64,000 bases of DNA from Faecousia sp. GTDB taxonomy: Bacteria > Bacillota > Clostridia > Oscillospirales > Oscillospiraceae. Numbering within the stretch: the first letter of the stretch is position 1; every line of letters starts with the position of its first letter. Shown in pieces: positions 45,534-55,482 of this stretch. The notes under the pieces are model-generated. The model saw only the letters and a program-made list of their open reading frames with translations. It searched no databases and had not been told where the DNA came from. Location of the stretch: the NCBI GenBank assembly GCA_051867015.1, contig JBJDYD010000141.1, forward strand, positions 9,700 to 73,699, written 5' to 3'. A program made the position numbers and the translations under genes.

Positions 45534-47906
45534 TTATGCGAGTTCGGCAATCGTAACGCCGTCCTCTCCTTCCCCGTAGACGCCCAAACGGTATCTTTTT
45601 ACGGCACGATTGCGTTTTAATTCCTCGTGCACCGCCTTTCGCAGCACGCCGGTGCCCTTTCCGTGGATAATGCGAACCTGTGCCAAATTCGCCAGCATCG
45701 CGCCGTCTAAGAAATTCGCTAACGTTGCGACTGCCTCGTCGGCACTCATGCCGCGCAGGTCAAGCTCGGTTTGCGCGGCAACATTTCGAAACTCACGTTT
45801 GGTTCGCTCGATGACCTTCTTTGCCTGCTGCTGCGTTTCCTCAATCAGATAGACCTCGTTCGGCTGCGCGGTCACCTTCATGATGCCTGCCTGAAGCTGA
45901 TAGCTGCCGTCCTTATTGATGGCAAGGACGCTTGCCTTCGTACCGAAGCGCAGAAGCTCCACCGTATCGCCGACCTTAATCGCGCGGGTTGGAGCCGGTC
46001 GCTCAGGTTCCTTCTGTTTGTCAGAGAATGCCTCCTCTGCCTCGTTCAGCTTGCGGCGCAGCTCTGCCTGTCTGGCATTGCTGCCCTGCACATCGGCGGA
46101 ATCCTTCATCTGCTTGCGAAGCTGCTTTAATTCCTCCGCAACCTCGTTCGCCGCGCGGCGGGCGTTGTCGATGATGACCTGCGCCTCGGCGCGGGCGCTG
46201 CGCATCGCTTTCTCACGTTCGCGCTTGATCTCGGCATAGTATTCCTCAGACCTCGTGCGCATTTGCTCCGTCTCCAAACGTAGCTTCTCCGCCTCGCGCT
46301 TGGCATTCTCCATCTGCTGCCGCTGCTGTTCCAGTTGGTTGAGGACATCCTCAAAATTGCGGTCATTCTCATTGACGTAGCTTTTTGCCTGCTCAATAAT
46401 CAGCTCGGACAAGCCGAGGCGCTTGGAAATCGCAAACGCGTTCGATTTTCCGGGAATGCCGATGAGCAAGCGATAGGTCGGGCGCAGGGTTTCAACGTCA
46501 AATTCGCAGGAAGCGTTCATGACGCCGTCGGTGCGCATGGCATAGAGCTTCAGCTCTGCATAGTGCGTAGTCGCAGCGACGCGGCTGCCGCATTTTCTGC
46601 AAAACTCGATCAGCGCCGTTGCCAGCGCGGCGCCCTCGGCGGGATCGGTGCCCGCGCCCAGCTCATCGAAGAGCACCAACGTCTCGTCGTCGCACTCCTC
46701 CACGATCTGCACAATGTTTTTCATATGGGAGGAGAAGGTGGAAAGGGACTGTTCAATGGATTGCTCGTCCCCGATATCCGCCAGCACCCGCGGGAACACG
46801 GAAATCGCGCTGCCGTGGTCGGCGGGGATGTGCAGACCGCACTCCGCCATCAGGGTGAGCAGACCGATGGTTTTCAGCGTTACGGTCTTGCCGCCGGTGT
46901 TCGGCCCCGTAATAATCAGCGTATCAAAGTCCGTGCCGAGACGCACCGTAATCGGGACAACGCTTTTGCGGTCGATCAGCGGATGCCGCGCGCGGTTTAG
47001 CTCAATGGTCGCATTGGTGCGAATTTCCGGCTCCATGCCGTCCATGCGCAGGGAGAGGCGCGCTTTGGCAAAAATGACATCCAGCGTCACAAGCATTTCA
47101 TAGCTTGCGGTGATGCTCTCGCGGAAGGATGCCGCCTCCGCCGACAGCTCGGCAAGAATACGCTCTATCTCCTTGCGTTCCTGAAGCAAAAGCTCCCGCA
47201 GCGCGTTATTCGCGTTGACCGCCGACATCGGCTCAATGAAAAAGGTGCCGCCCGAGGAGGAGACGTCGTGTACCAGACCGGGAATCTCGCTCTTGTACTC
47301 GCTCTTGACGGGTACAACATAGCGGTCGCCGCGCAGGGTGATGATCGGATCGCGCAGATATTTTGCATAGGTCGGAGAGGTGATAATCTTTTGCAGGGAC
47401 TCCTTCACCTTCGCGCTCTGAATACGCATATGGCGTCGGATATCAGCAAGCTCGCTGCTCGCCGCGTCCGCTATCTCCTCCTCGGAGAGAATGGAATTTG
47501 TGATCTTTTCTTCTAAATAGCGGTTGGGAGAAAGCTCCTGAAAATACACATCCAAGTTTGATTGCGTATAATCGCCGTTGTAGTACGCTTTTGCGTTGCG
47601 GATGCAGCGCAGGACGCCCGCAATGCGCAGAAGCTCCACAGGCGTCAGGCAGCCGCCGCGATCGGCGCGCTCTAAAGAGGCGGCGATTTCCTTTAATTCA
47701 TGGAAAGAGGGGGAACCCTTCAGCGAGATCAGCTTACAGGCTGCACTGGTCTGCTGTTGTAACAAGAGAATCTCCTCCGCGTCCGTCAGCGGTGTCAGCT
47801 TGCGGCAGCGCTCCTTCGCCTCCTCGCTGTGGGCGCATTCGGCAAGCTTATCTAACACTGTGTGCAATTCCAGCTTATTCAGTGATTTTTCGTATAGCTC
47901 CGTCAT
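45534..47906 (-). CDS. mutS2: Endonuclease MutS2
   Basis: 790 aa. It has the MutS ATPase motifs ITGPNTGGKT and DELGAGTDP and a C-terminal Smr domain (LDLRGM...IIHGKGTGVLR). Confidence 0.95.
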   Translation of the reverse strand: MTELYEKSLNKLELHTVLDKLAECAHSEEAKERCRKLTPLTDAEEILLLQQQTSAACKLISLKGSPSFHELKEIAASLERADRGGCLTPVELLRIAGVLRCIRNAKAYYNGDYTQSNLDVYFQELSPNRYLEEKITNSILSEEEIADAASSELADIRRHMRIQSAKVKESLQKIITSPTYAKYLRDPIITLRGDRYVVPVKSEYKSEIPGLVHDVSSSGGTFFIEPMSAVNANNALRELLLQERKEIERILAELSAEAASFRESITASYEMLVTLDVIFAKARLSLRMDGMEPEIRTNATIELNRARHPLIDRKSVVPITVRLGTDFDTLIITGPNTGGKTVTLKTIGLLTLMAECGLHIPADHGSAISVFPRVLADIGDEQSIEQSLSTFSSHMKNIVQIVEECDDETLVLFDELGAGTDPAEGAALATALIEFCRKCGSRVAATTHYAELKLYAMRTDGVMNASCEFDVETLRPTYRLLIGIPGKSNAFAISKRLGLSELIIEQAKSYVNENDRNFEDVLNQLEQQRQQMENAKREAEKLRLETEQMRTRSEEYYAEIKREREKAMRSARAEAQVIIDNARRAANEVAEELKQLRKQMKDSADVQGSNARQAELRRKLNEAEEAFSDKQKEPERPAPTRAIKVGDTVELLRFGTKASVLAINKDGSYQLQAGIMKVTAQPNEVYLIEETQQQAKKVIERTKREFRNVAAQTELDLRGMSADEAVATLANFLDGAMLANLAQVRIIHGKGTGVLRKAVHEELKRNRAVKRYRLGVYGEGEDGVTIAELA

Positions 47907-47925
47907 TTTTTATTTCCTCATATAA

Positions 47926-48669
47926 TCATATAAACAGTGATTTGTACAGATCAAGGGTAAAGAAGCCGCGCTCAAGACGCATCGTCAAATAGCTCTCAGT
48001 CAGACCGTTTAATTCCCGCAAGGCACCGTCTGACAGGGAGAAGGAAAACAGGCGTTTCGGGTCAGCGGAGGCAATATACCGCATTGCCGCCAAGCTCCCT
48101 TCGGAAACCGGCATACGAATGCCGTCAGTCACCTCGCTTCTGCATTCCGCGCATTGGAGGATGCCCTGCGTCACATTGAAACGGTTCGGATTTGGATTCC
48201 CGCAGACGGCGCAGCCGCGCAGATCGGGCAGGAAGCCTGCGACGCAGGCAAGACGCAGCTCAAAAGCAGCTTTCACAAGCATTTGCGGCTTTTTCAGCTT
48301 CGCAAGCGCATAAAGGGCGTTCAACAGGAGCGACAGCAGCTCCGGTGACGCGTCCTCCTCCTGCGCTACCGCGTCCGTCACCTGCGCGAAATAGGAAGCA
48401 AGGTATAAAAGCTCGATATCCCCGCGCAGCTCAGGAAACATCTCCTTCACCACAGCCTCGGTGATCGTGTATTTCCCCTGCTTTTCCGAGAGGGTAAACT
48501 CGGAATAGGTCAGAAGCTGGCACGCCGCCTTGCTGCGGCTCCTGCCGGATTTGACGCCGCGCGCACGGAGTGTTATTTTCCCATGCTCACGCGTCAGCAC
48601 GGTCAGCAGTTTGTCCGCGTCCTTGTATTCGGTCTCGCGAAGGATAATCCCCTCGGTCTTTTCGTACAT
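47926..48669 (-). CDS. recO: DNA repair protein RecO
   Basis: The OB-fold N-terminus GIILRETEYKDADKLLTVLTREHGKI and a zinc motif CAVCG...CAEC are present. Confidence 0.9.
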   Translation of the reverse strand: MYEKTEGIILRETEYKDADKLLTVLTREHGKITLRARGVKSGRSRSKAACQLLTYSEFTLSEKQGKYTITEAVVKEMFPELRGDIELLYLASYFAQVTDAVAQEEDASPELLSLLLNALYALAKLKKPQMLVKAAFELRLACVAGFLPDLRGCAVCGNPNPNRFNVTQGILQCAECRSEVTDGIRMPVSEGSLAAMRYIASADPKRLFSFSLSDGALRELNGLTESYLTMRLERGFFTLDLYKSLFI

Positions 48670-48684
48670 AATGTAATCATTTCC

Positions 48685-49527
48685 TCATTTTATGTGCAGC
48701 ATTCGTTTCAGCTTTCCGTAAGCGCGGTGCAGGAGGGAGGTCATTTTTCTCTTCAGCCGCTTGCATCGCAGCGTTCGGAAACGGGGCTGGGCTTGGGAGA
48801 GTACTTTACAAAGCCGCACATAAGTCTCGTACCAAACGGGAATAAACAAACATTCTGCGGCGGTGTGCTGTCTGTGGTATCCGATGCTGAGATTCACGCC
48901 GCACGCTTCCCTGGCGACATAAGAGATATCCGTGCCCGCTTTGTGATTCAGCACCTTTGACGCAAGCTGCGACTCGATATAACTGCAAAAGGCCTTGCTG
49001 TTTAGAATGCCGTGATAATGGCAGCAGTCTTTTCCCGGCAAATCCAATGAGATCATGTAGCTATGTCGGTTCATCTCCCGCATGAGACGTCTATTCGTAT
49101 TGCAAAGCAGACCTGCGCCCAAATGCCCGTGTTCTTCCCCGTCGAAAATCAGTAAAGAATGTCCCGAATCCTTCAGGAGCCAAAGCAGCGCGCAGCCCGC
49201 GCGGTCATCCGCACCCAAGCCGGCTTCTTCACTGCTCCCATTTACCTGATCCGCTGAAAAAACAGGCATCGTTTCCAAACGGCGATGCAGATAGTTCTCG
49301 TCCCAAAATGTATCCGCGTGGGCAAGGAGAAGCACACGGTCCTGCCTTGTCCCAGGGACATAGACGTACCGCTCTAGCAGGTTTGTCCCTTCAAAATACT
49401 GCGCGTTCGGAAGCGCACGAAAGCGCTGCAGCACCTCACTTCCGTCGTATAACGGACAACGGAGAAACTCCGCCAACGTCTCCAGTGCCGCCTCTTGCGC
49501 AACCGGGTTTATTTCTGTCTGATCCAT
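48685..49527 (-). CDS. M28-like metallopeptidase-fold protein (hypothetical) with a basic C-terminal tail
   Basis: LLLAHADT, GADDRAGCALLWLL and LLIFDGEEHGHLGAG resemble M28/M42 metal-ligand motifs. The start ATG 49527 follows AAGGAGA. The family assignment is tentative. Confidence 0.55.
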   Translation of the reverse strand: MDQTEINPVAQEAALETLAEFLRCPLYDGSEVLQRFRALPNAQYFEGTNLLERYVYVPGTRQDRVLLLAHADTFWDENYLHRRLETMPVFSADQVNGSSEEAGLGADDRAGCALLWLLKDSGHSLLIFDGEEHGHLGAGLLCNTNRRLMREMNRHSYMISLDLPGKDCCHYHGILNSKAFCSYIESQLASKVLNHKAGTDISYVAREACGVNLSIGYHRQHTAAECLFIPVWYETYVRLCKVLSQAQPRFRTLRCKRLKRKMTSLLHRAYGKLKRMLHIK

Positions 49528-49642
49528 ATACTCTCCTTGATTGCACCGGCTTTCGCTCATTCTTTGCTTCACGCTGATATAATAAATACACCTCCGGCGC
49601 ACCGGTTTCTAAAAACAAATTCCAGAAAAATGCCGAATCCAT
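49436..49642 (-). CDS. yqzL: YqzL-like small protein
   Basis: MDSAFFWNLFLETGAPEVYLLYQRE resembles Bacillus YqzL (...W..F..TG.I..YLL.KE), which also lies between era and recO. SD GGGAGGA lies 5 nt upstream. The 3' part overlaps the next gene out of frame, so the true end is uncertain. Confidence 0.55.
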   Translation of the reverse strand: MDSAFFWNLFLETGAPEVYLLYQREAKNERKPVQSRRVYGSDRNKPGCARGGTGDVGGVSPLSVIRRK

Positions 49643-49714
49643 CGTATTCCTCCCGCGTTCGTTCTGCCGTTAGGATTTGCGGCGCAGACGCGGAAGATAC
49701 GATGAAAAAAATGC

Positions 49715-50605
49715 TTATGATTCGTAGCCGAAGTTGCGGATCAGGAAATCGCTGTCGCGCCAATTCTCCTTGACCTTGACCCAAGTCTGCAAGAAGACCT
49801 TTGTTCCCATAAAGCGTTCGCAATCCTCGCGGGCGGCGGTGGAGATTTTTTTCAGCATGGCACCGTTTTTGCCGATGATAATCCCCTTATGGCTTGCCTT
49901 TTCGCAGTAAATTGTCGCATCAATGTCAATCACGCCGTTGTCCCGTTCGGAGAATTTGGTGATCTCCACCGCCGTACCGTGCGGGATCTCCCGCTCTAAG
50001 TTCCACAGCAGCTTTTCCCGGATGATCTCCGCGATCACCTGCCGCTCGGGCTGGTCGGAGGTCATGTCCTCCGGGAAGAAAAACGGACTTTCCTCGGCAT
50101 ACTTTGCGCACTCGTCCAGCAGCGCCTTCACGCCGTCGTTATATTTCGCGGAGATCGGCATTACCGCGGCAAAATCAAACTGCGCGGAATAGGCGGCAAT
50201 CACTGCCAAAAGCTGCTCCTTGTCCGGCACGGTGTCAATTTTGTTGATGACCAGAATGGCAGGCGCGCCGCTTGCTTTGATCTGTGCGATGAGATTTTCC
50301 TCCTGCGGGCCGACATTCGGGATCGGCTCGACGATCAGCAGCACGAGATCCACATCCGCAACGGATTCCTTTACCACCCCGACCATATAGTCACCAAGCT
50401 TCGTACGCGGACGGTGAAAGCCGGGAGTGTCGATAAAGACGAGCTGGGTGTCCCCCCTCGTCAGCACACCGCAGATGCGGTTGCGCGTGGTCTGCGGCTT
50501 ATTCGAGACAATCGCGATTTTTTCTCCGACCAAGTGGTTGATCAGGGTAGATTTCCCCACATTCGGTCTGCCCGCAATGGTAATCATAACGGATTTTGTA
50601 CTCAT
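49715..50605 (-). CDS. era: GTPase Era
   Basis: GRPNVGKST, DTPG and NKID G-motifs and a C-terminal KH domain are present. Confidence 0.95.
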   Translation of the reverse strand: MSTKSVMITIAGRPNVGKSTLINHLVGEKIAIVSNKPQTTRNRICGVLTRGDTQLVFIDTPGFHRPRTKLGDYMVGVVKESVADVDLVLLIVEPIPNVGPQEENLIAQIKASGAPAILVINKIDTVPDKEQLLAVIAAYSAQFDFAAVMPISAKYNDGVKALLDECAKYAEESPFFFPEDMTSDQPERQVIAEIIREKLLWNLEREIPHGTAVEITKFSERDNGVIDIDATIYCEKASHKGIIIGKNGAMLKKISTAAREDCERFMGTKVFLQTWVKVKENWRDSDFLIRNFGYES

Positions 50606-51114
50606 TTTTTCTCTCCCAAGTAAAATTCAAAAATCATCTGATCCTCTGCCTTATCTGCGTGCCCGTCCATAAACAGCGTCGGAACGCCGCCCATTTTGCG
50701 GTAAAAGCCCTGCGCGGGCAGATTATGACAGTTGCATTGGCAGAAGAATTTATCCAGTCCGCGCTCCTTACAGACTGCGCGCATATGATCGAAAACACGC
50801 CTGCCCAGCCCTTTTCCACGGTATTCCTCAAGGAAATACAGCGCATTCAGGCAAAGCTCAAAATCCCTATATGCGCCGGCATGTGGCGGCCCGTAATAAA
50901 AATAGCCGACGCAGTGCTCTCCGTCCGTTGCAAGGTAAAAATCCTGCTTTGGATCCTCCATCCGCTTGCGGTCGCGCGCGGTATAATACGCAAGGTCATA
51001 GTTGTCGATCTTCTCGTCGGAATAAGTGCCGCGATAGGTCGTCGCCCACACCTTCTGCCGCGTCGCTGCCAAAAGTGCCGCCTCCTCCGGCGTCGCTTTT
51101 CGAAACGCAATCAT
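50602..51114 (-). CDS. GNAT-family N-acetyltransferase
   Basis: An acetyl-CoA-binding motif context YRGKGLGRRVFDHM is present, in a 170-aa product. Confidence 0.8.
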   Translation of the reverse strand: MIAFRKATPEEAALLAATRQKVWATTYRGTYSDEKIDNYDLAYYTARDRKRMEDPKQDFYLATDGEHCVGYFYYGPPHAGAYRDFELCLNALYFLEEYRGKGLGRRVFDHMRAVCKERGLDKFFCQCNCHNLPAQGFYRKMGGVPTLFMDGHADKAEDQMIFEFYLGEKK

Positions 51115-51605
51115 CGCTGCAGCCCCAGCTCCGCCGCGATCAGCTCCTCGCGCGTGCGCATTTGGCGTTTCATCTCGCCCTCGTCCAAGTGGTCATAGCC
51201 AAGAAGGTGCAGGATCGAGTGGATCGTCAGATAGCCGACCTCACGCTTTAAGCTATTGCCGAAGCGCTTTGCCTGATCCCTCGCGCGCTCCAAAGAAATC
51301 GCCATATCTCCCAAGGGAAGCAGCCCCGTCTGCGGGTCGATCAGCTCGCCGACATCCTTCGGAAATTCCCCCGGGGTAAAGGAAAACATCGGGAAGGACA
51401 GCACATCCGTCGCGCTGTCAATTTCTCTTGTCGTGCGGTTAATGGCGCGGATGCCCTCGTCGTCCGTCACAAGGACATTGATTTCACAGGGAACCTCGAC
51501 GCCCTCCGCCGCAAGCGCCGCTGAGATGCAGCGGTGCAGATGAATGGTCAGCGCCGGGTTTTTATCCTTCTTTTCGGAATAACGGACATAAATCTGATGC
51601 TTCAT
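51111..51605 (-). CDS. ybeY: rRNA maturation RNase YbeY
   Basis: The zinc motif HSILHLLGYDH is present. Confidence 0.92.
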   Translation of the reverse strand: MKHQIYVRYSEKKDKNPALTIHLHRCISAALAAEGVEVPCEINVLVTDDEGIRAINRTTREIDSATDVLSFPMFSFTPGEFPKDVGELIDPQTGLLPLGDMAISLERARDQAKRFGNSLKREVGYLTIHSILHLLGYDHLDEGEMKRQMRTREELIAAELGLQR

Positions 51606-52600
51606 CGTTCCTGCTTCCTTCTGTAAACCTTTTTCTGCGCAGGCAGCTCTTTCTTTTCGCCCGTTTCATAGGCAGCGATAATGCGCTGCACAAGGGCATG
51701 GCGCACAACATCGCTCGCCGTCAGACGGCAAATGGCAATGTCTGGAATATTTTCCAAAATCCGCACCGCGTCCTTTAAGCCGCTCGTCTTGTCGCTCGGC
51801 AGGTCGATCTGCGTGATATCGCCAGTGATAACAATCTTCGAGCCGAAGCCGAGACGCGTCAGGAACATTTTCATCTGCTCACGCGTCGTGTTCTGCGCCT
51901 CATCGAGAATAATAAAGCTGTCATCGAGCGTTCTGCCGCGCATATAGGCAAGGGGCGCAACCTCGATATTGCCGCGCTCCAAATACTTTTGGTAGGTCTC
52001 AGCGCCGAGCATATCATACAGCGCGTCATACAGCGGGCGCAGATAGGGATCTACCTTATTTTGCAGATCGCCGGGCAGGAAGCCGAGCCGTTCTCCCGCT
52101 TCCACGGCAGGACGGGTCAGAATAATGCGGTTAACCGTCTTCGCGCGGAATGCCGCCACCGCCGCAGCTACGGCAAGATAGGTCTTGCCCGTACCGGCAG
52201 GGCCGACGCCGATGGTGATGGTATTTTTGCCGATTGCTTTCATATACCGCTGCTGCCCAAGGGTCTTTGCCTTAATGGGCTTTCCCTTTGCCGTGATGCA
52301 GACGACATCCTTTGCCATTTCGCCGATCTTGTCGTCATTGCCCGAGGAGACAAGGTCGATCAGATAGCGCACCTTCTGCTCGTCGATGGGCTCGCCCTTG
52401 GCGGCAAGCGTCAGTAAACCCTCAATGGCGCGCGCGGCGCGATCCGCAGCCTCCTCCTCTCCACTGACCTTCAGCTCCGTCCCCCGATTGGTGATCTTAA
52501 CGCCGTAGGTCTGCTCAATGCGTTTGATGTTTTCATCAAACGAGCCGAACACATTGATGATCTGCTCGATCCGTTCGGCATTGATGATTCGTTCACTCAT
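51602..52600 (-). CDS. phoH: PhoH-family ATPase
   Basis: It has the P-loop GPAGTGKTYLAV and DEAQN. The start was re-picked to ATG 52600. Confidence 0.9.
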   Translation of the reverse strand: MSERIINAERIEQIINVFGSFDENIKRIEQTYGVKITNRGTELKVSGEEEAADRAARAIEGLLTLAAKGEPIDEQKVRYLIDLVSSGNDDKIGEMAKDVVCITAKGKPIKAKTLGQQRYMKAIGKNTITIGVGPAGTGKTYLAVAAAVAAFRAKTVNRIILTRPAVEAGERLGFLPGDLQNKVDPYLRPLYDALYDMLGAETYQKYLERGNIEVAPLAYMRGRTLDDSFIILDEAQNTTREQMKMFLTRLGFGSKIVITGDITQIDLPSDKTSGLKDAVRILENIPDIAICRLTASDVVRHALVQRIIAAYETGEKKELPAQKKVYRRKQER

Positions 52601-53798
52601 TACTTTCTCCTTTGTAAGGCTCCTCGATAGGGACGAGGCGCGCAATCATTTCGTTGCAGGTGCTTTTTGCCTGCAGAACATACAGACCGCCGCTTTCCAA
52701 AAAGCTTTCCTCCGTCTGCTCTATCGTTCCGGCAATCATGTCAGAGCGCGTCTGACGCTGCCATGCCGCAGAAAGCGCGTTATGTGCGGTATCCGCGTCG
52801 ACCGTGACTTCCTTTCCCTCATATTCCCGATAGGTCACCGTCTCAAGGGTCACGGGAAAAGTATAACCTGCAAGCGTTATTTTCTTTACGTCTATCATTT
52901 TATCACAACTGCCTGTGTAAATTCCACTGTTTCCGCATAAATTTATTCTTTTTCTTCCGACGATCAGTGAAATCTGCGTCCATTCTCTGCCCGTATAGCT
53001 TTTTTCGGTACGCTGCGCGGGCATAACAACCGTTCCGTTGTGCCACGTCTGCGCATAGATCTCCGCATCTGCGCAGACGGCGCGCAGATAAAGGCCGTAA
53101 TCCTCATAGCCGGAGACGAGGATCTGTCCCGCTTTAACCGCGTCGCCCCGTTTACATAGGCGCATTCCCTCCAAAATACGATAATCCGTAATGATGCCGT
53201 CGCGCAGGGCGACAATTGACCCTGCGGCATAGGGCGGCTTTTCGGAAGAGGCAACGCTGCGCTCCGTGACGAGAACGGTCAGTTTCCCACCCGTCCGATT
53301 GACGGCGAGCCACGAAAGCTCCGGCACGCGGTTGAGCATCTGCGCTCTTGTCATCTGCGAATCCACTGAGGGCGCCCAAGTACCGAAACGGATACCAAGC
53401 TCCTCCAGCTGCCGAAGAATGGCTTCCTCATGCACCGTCTCCTCTCCCTCGACGGTAATTACCCAAACAAAGGACTGCAAAAAAAAGGTCAGACCTATCA
53501 CAGCCGCTGCGCCGAACGCCAAAATCGGGCGCGCACGAAGAGGTCTGAGCGTTTGCAGGAGTCCGCGTTCGTGTAAGACCTCTACAGTGCAAAAGCTGCG
53601 TATGGCAAGCGCTTCCAGCCTCTTTTTCTCTTTCGACAGCAGGGAGAGCTCGATTCGCAGCTCGTCCTTGCGGCACAAATCCCAAAAAACAATTCCTTCC
53701 TCCGCAAGCAGATTGAAGCACCGCTCCACATACGCGCCGGAGATGCAGACGCGGAGCTCTCCGCGCAAAAAACGAATGACGGGGTTCATAGGCTTCAC
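52593..53798 (-). CDS. yqfD: Sporulation protein YqfD
   Basis: The N-terminus FLRGELRVCISGAYVERCFNLLAEEGIVFWDL, a central TM and about 400 aa are typical of YqfD. It follows yqfC. Confidence 0.85.
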   Translation of the reverse strand: MKPMNPVIRFLRGELRVCISGAYVERCFNLLAEEGIVFWDLCRKDELRIELSLLSKEKKRLEALAIRSFCTVEVLHERGLLQTLRPLRARPILAFGAAAVIGLTFFLQSFVWVITVEGEETVHEEAILRQLEELGIRFGTWAPSVDSQMTRAQMLNRVPELSWLAVNRTGGKLTVLVTERSVASSEKPPYAAGSIVALRDGIITDYRILEGMRLCKRGDAVKAGQILVSGYEDYGLYLRAVCADAEIYAQTWHNGTVVMPAQRTEKSYTGREWTQISLIVGRKRINLCGNSGIYTGSCDKMIDVKKITLAGYTFPVTLETVTYREYEGKEVTVDADTAHNALSAAWQRQTRSDMIAGTIEQTEESFLESGGLYVLQAKSTCNEMIARLVPIEEPYKGESNE

Positions 53799-54070
53799 TC
53801 CAATTCCACCGCGCGGATCGTGCCGCAGATTTCCAACGTGTTTTTACTCATGCTGACAATCGAAAGCCCCATGCCGGCAATACGAATGCTTCCGTGCTTC
53901 ACGGCTACCTGTACGAGCGTATCCTCATATTGCGTAACGCCGCGATGATTCTCAATACAGACCCGCCTTTTCCCACGAAGTATCACAAAAGGGGTCTCGC
54001 TCAGCGTCTCAGGGGGGATCGCAAGCTTATCGCTGACCGTGTTCGTGAAATGCTTCTTCATTTTGCTCAC
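53795..54070 (-). CDS. yqfC: Sporulation protein YqfC (YabP/YqfC family)
   Basis: 91 aa. VILRGKRRVCIENHRGVTQYEDTLVQV...IRIAGMGLSI matches the YabP-like pattern. Confidence 0.8.
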   Translation of the reverse strand: MSKMKKHFTNTVSDKLAIPPETLSETPFVILRGKRRVCIENHRGVTQYEDTLVQVAVKHGSIRIAGMGLSIVSMSKNTLEICGTIRAVELE

Positions 54071-54137
54071 CTGCCTGCAAACATTCTATGCGTACGAAGT
54101 TCATTCTTTCCTTCTTGCGCATATATTCAAACAGGTG

Positions 54138-55178
54138 ATGCTTGTGAAACGTAATCTTCGTTATGTTTTCCCCGTTCTCGGCATTGCGGCGCTTCTTTGC
54201 TTCTCCTCGGAAGCTGCGGAGGCTGTCAGGGAGGGCTTGCGTATTTGCGGCACGTCGGTCATTCCGGCGCTTTTCCCGTTTTTCGTCCTGACCAATTACT
54301 TCCTTGGCATTCGCTCCGCGCAGCAGCCGTCCCGCATGGCAGACAGACTGGTGTCCGCCTGTTTCGGTCTGCGCGGAAGCTGCATGACGCCGCTGCTGTT
54401 AAGCTTTCTGGGCGGTTATCCGGTGGGCGTCTCCTGCACCGTGCGCCTGTATCAAGACGGCGTTCTTTCCAAGGGCGAGGCGGAGCGCCTGCTGTTGTTT
54501 TGCAACAATTCCGGACCCGCCTTCTTTTTCGGGGTCATCGGCGGTACGGTGCTTCACAGCGTCAAAGCGGGCGCGCTGCTCTATCTTGCCCACATCCTTG
54601 CCGCGCTGTGCTGCGGCGCATTGCTTCGTGTGACGGAGAAGGAACGCTTCACAATTCGCCGCGTCAATGCAGCGCAGATCGAGCAGCGCGGTTTTTTGGA
54701 CGCAATTTCAGCTTCATGCGCCTCTCTCCTGCAAATCAGCGGATTGATCGTCTTCTTTTCCGTTGTGCTCGCGCTTTTTGAGGCAAGCGGACTTCTGCGT
54801 CTGATGCAAAGGGTGCTACCCTTTCTTCCCGCACAGACCCTCAGCGCGATGCTCTGCGGCTTTTTTGAGCTGTCCGGCGGTGTCGTTCGCCTTTCTGCGT
54901 GCGCCCACGCAGAGGAGCTTGCCGCTTTTTTGATGGGCTGGGGCGGCATATGCGTGCATCTGCAAGCCATGAGCTTTTGGAAGCCCGCGCATTTGCAGCC
55001 GAGGGGCTACTTCGCCTCCAAGCTCCTGCACGGGCTGCTCTCCGTGCTGTTCGTTCGGCTTTTCCTCTCTCCGACGCCGGTGCTTGCCATCTGCGCGGGT
55101 ATCGTCGCCGCGTTCTGTGTCTTTTTCCCGCAAATTCGTCAAAAATGGGGTAGAAATCTTCAGCGAAATACGGTATAA
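54138..55178 (+). CDS. ylbJ: Sporulation integral membrane protein YlbJ-like (nucleoside-recognition domain)
   Basis: It is polytopic. The N-terminus AAEAVREGLRICGTSVIPALFPFFVL is typical of YlbJ. The start is uncertain (ATG 54138 or GTG 54144). Confidence 0.7.
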   Translation: MLVKRNLRYVFPVLGIAALLCFSSEAAEAVREGLRICGTSVIPALFPFFVLTNYFLGIRSAQQPSRMADRLVSACFGLRGSCMTPLLLSFLGGYPVGVSCTVRLYQDGVLSKGEAERLLLFCNNSGPAFFFGVIGGTVLHSVKAGALLYLAHILAALCCGALLRVTEKERFTIRRVNAAQIEQRGFLDAISASCASLLQISGLIVFFSVVLALFEASGLLRLMQRVLPFLPAQTLSAMLCGFFELSGGVVRLSACAHAEELAAFLMGWGGICVHLQAMSFWKPAHLQPRGYFASKLLHGLLSVLFVRLFLSPTPVLAICAGIVAAFCVFFPQIRQKWGRNLQRNTV

Positions 55179-55199
55179 TCATGATTGAGGTGAAAAGCT

Positions 55200-55409
55200 A
55201 TGCTGTTTCGCAAAAAAATTGACCGATTCTGCTCCTATTGCGTCCACGCGGGAAAGATTGACGATACTACTTACCTCTGCGCAAAAAAAGGTATCGTTGC
55301 CTCCTGTCACCGCTGCCGCAAATTCAAATATGACCCGCTGAAGCGCATTCCTACGCGCATGAAGCCCAAAGATTTCACGAAATGTGACGATTTGGATTTT
55401 TCCCTATGA
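55200..55409 (+). CDS. Small 4-Cys zinc-ribbon-like protein (hypothetical)
   Basis: 69 aa with CSYC...CHRC pairs. It lies 21 nt downstream of ylbJ. Confidence 0.5.
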   Translation: MLFRKKIDRFCSYCVHAGKIDDTTYLCAKKGIVASCHRCRKFKYDPLKRIPTRMKPKDFTKCDDLDFSL

Positions 55410-55460
55410 GCAAAAGGTTCCGATTTCCACAACCCGCATGGAAATCGGAACCTTTTGCTC
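55408..55460. terminator. Long hairpin between convergent genes
   Basis: 22-bp perfect stem gagcaaaaggttccgatttcca / tggaaatcggaaccttttgctc with a 9-nt loop. There is no strong T-run on either side. Confidence 0.55.
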
Positions 55461-55482
55461 CGCTGCTGCAACAGCCGGGCGC

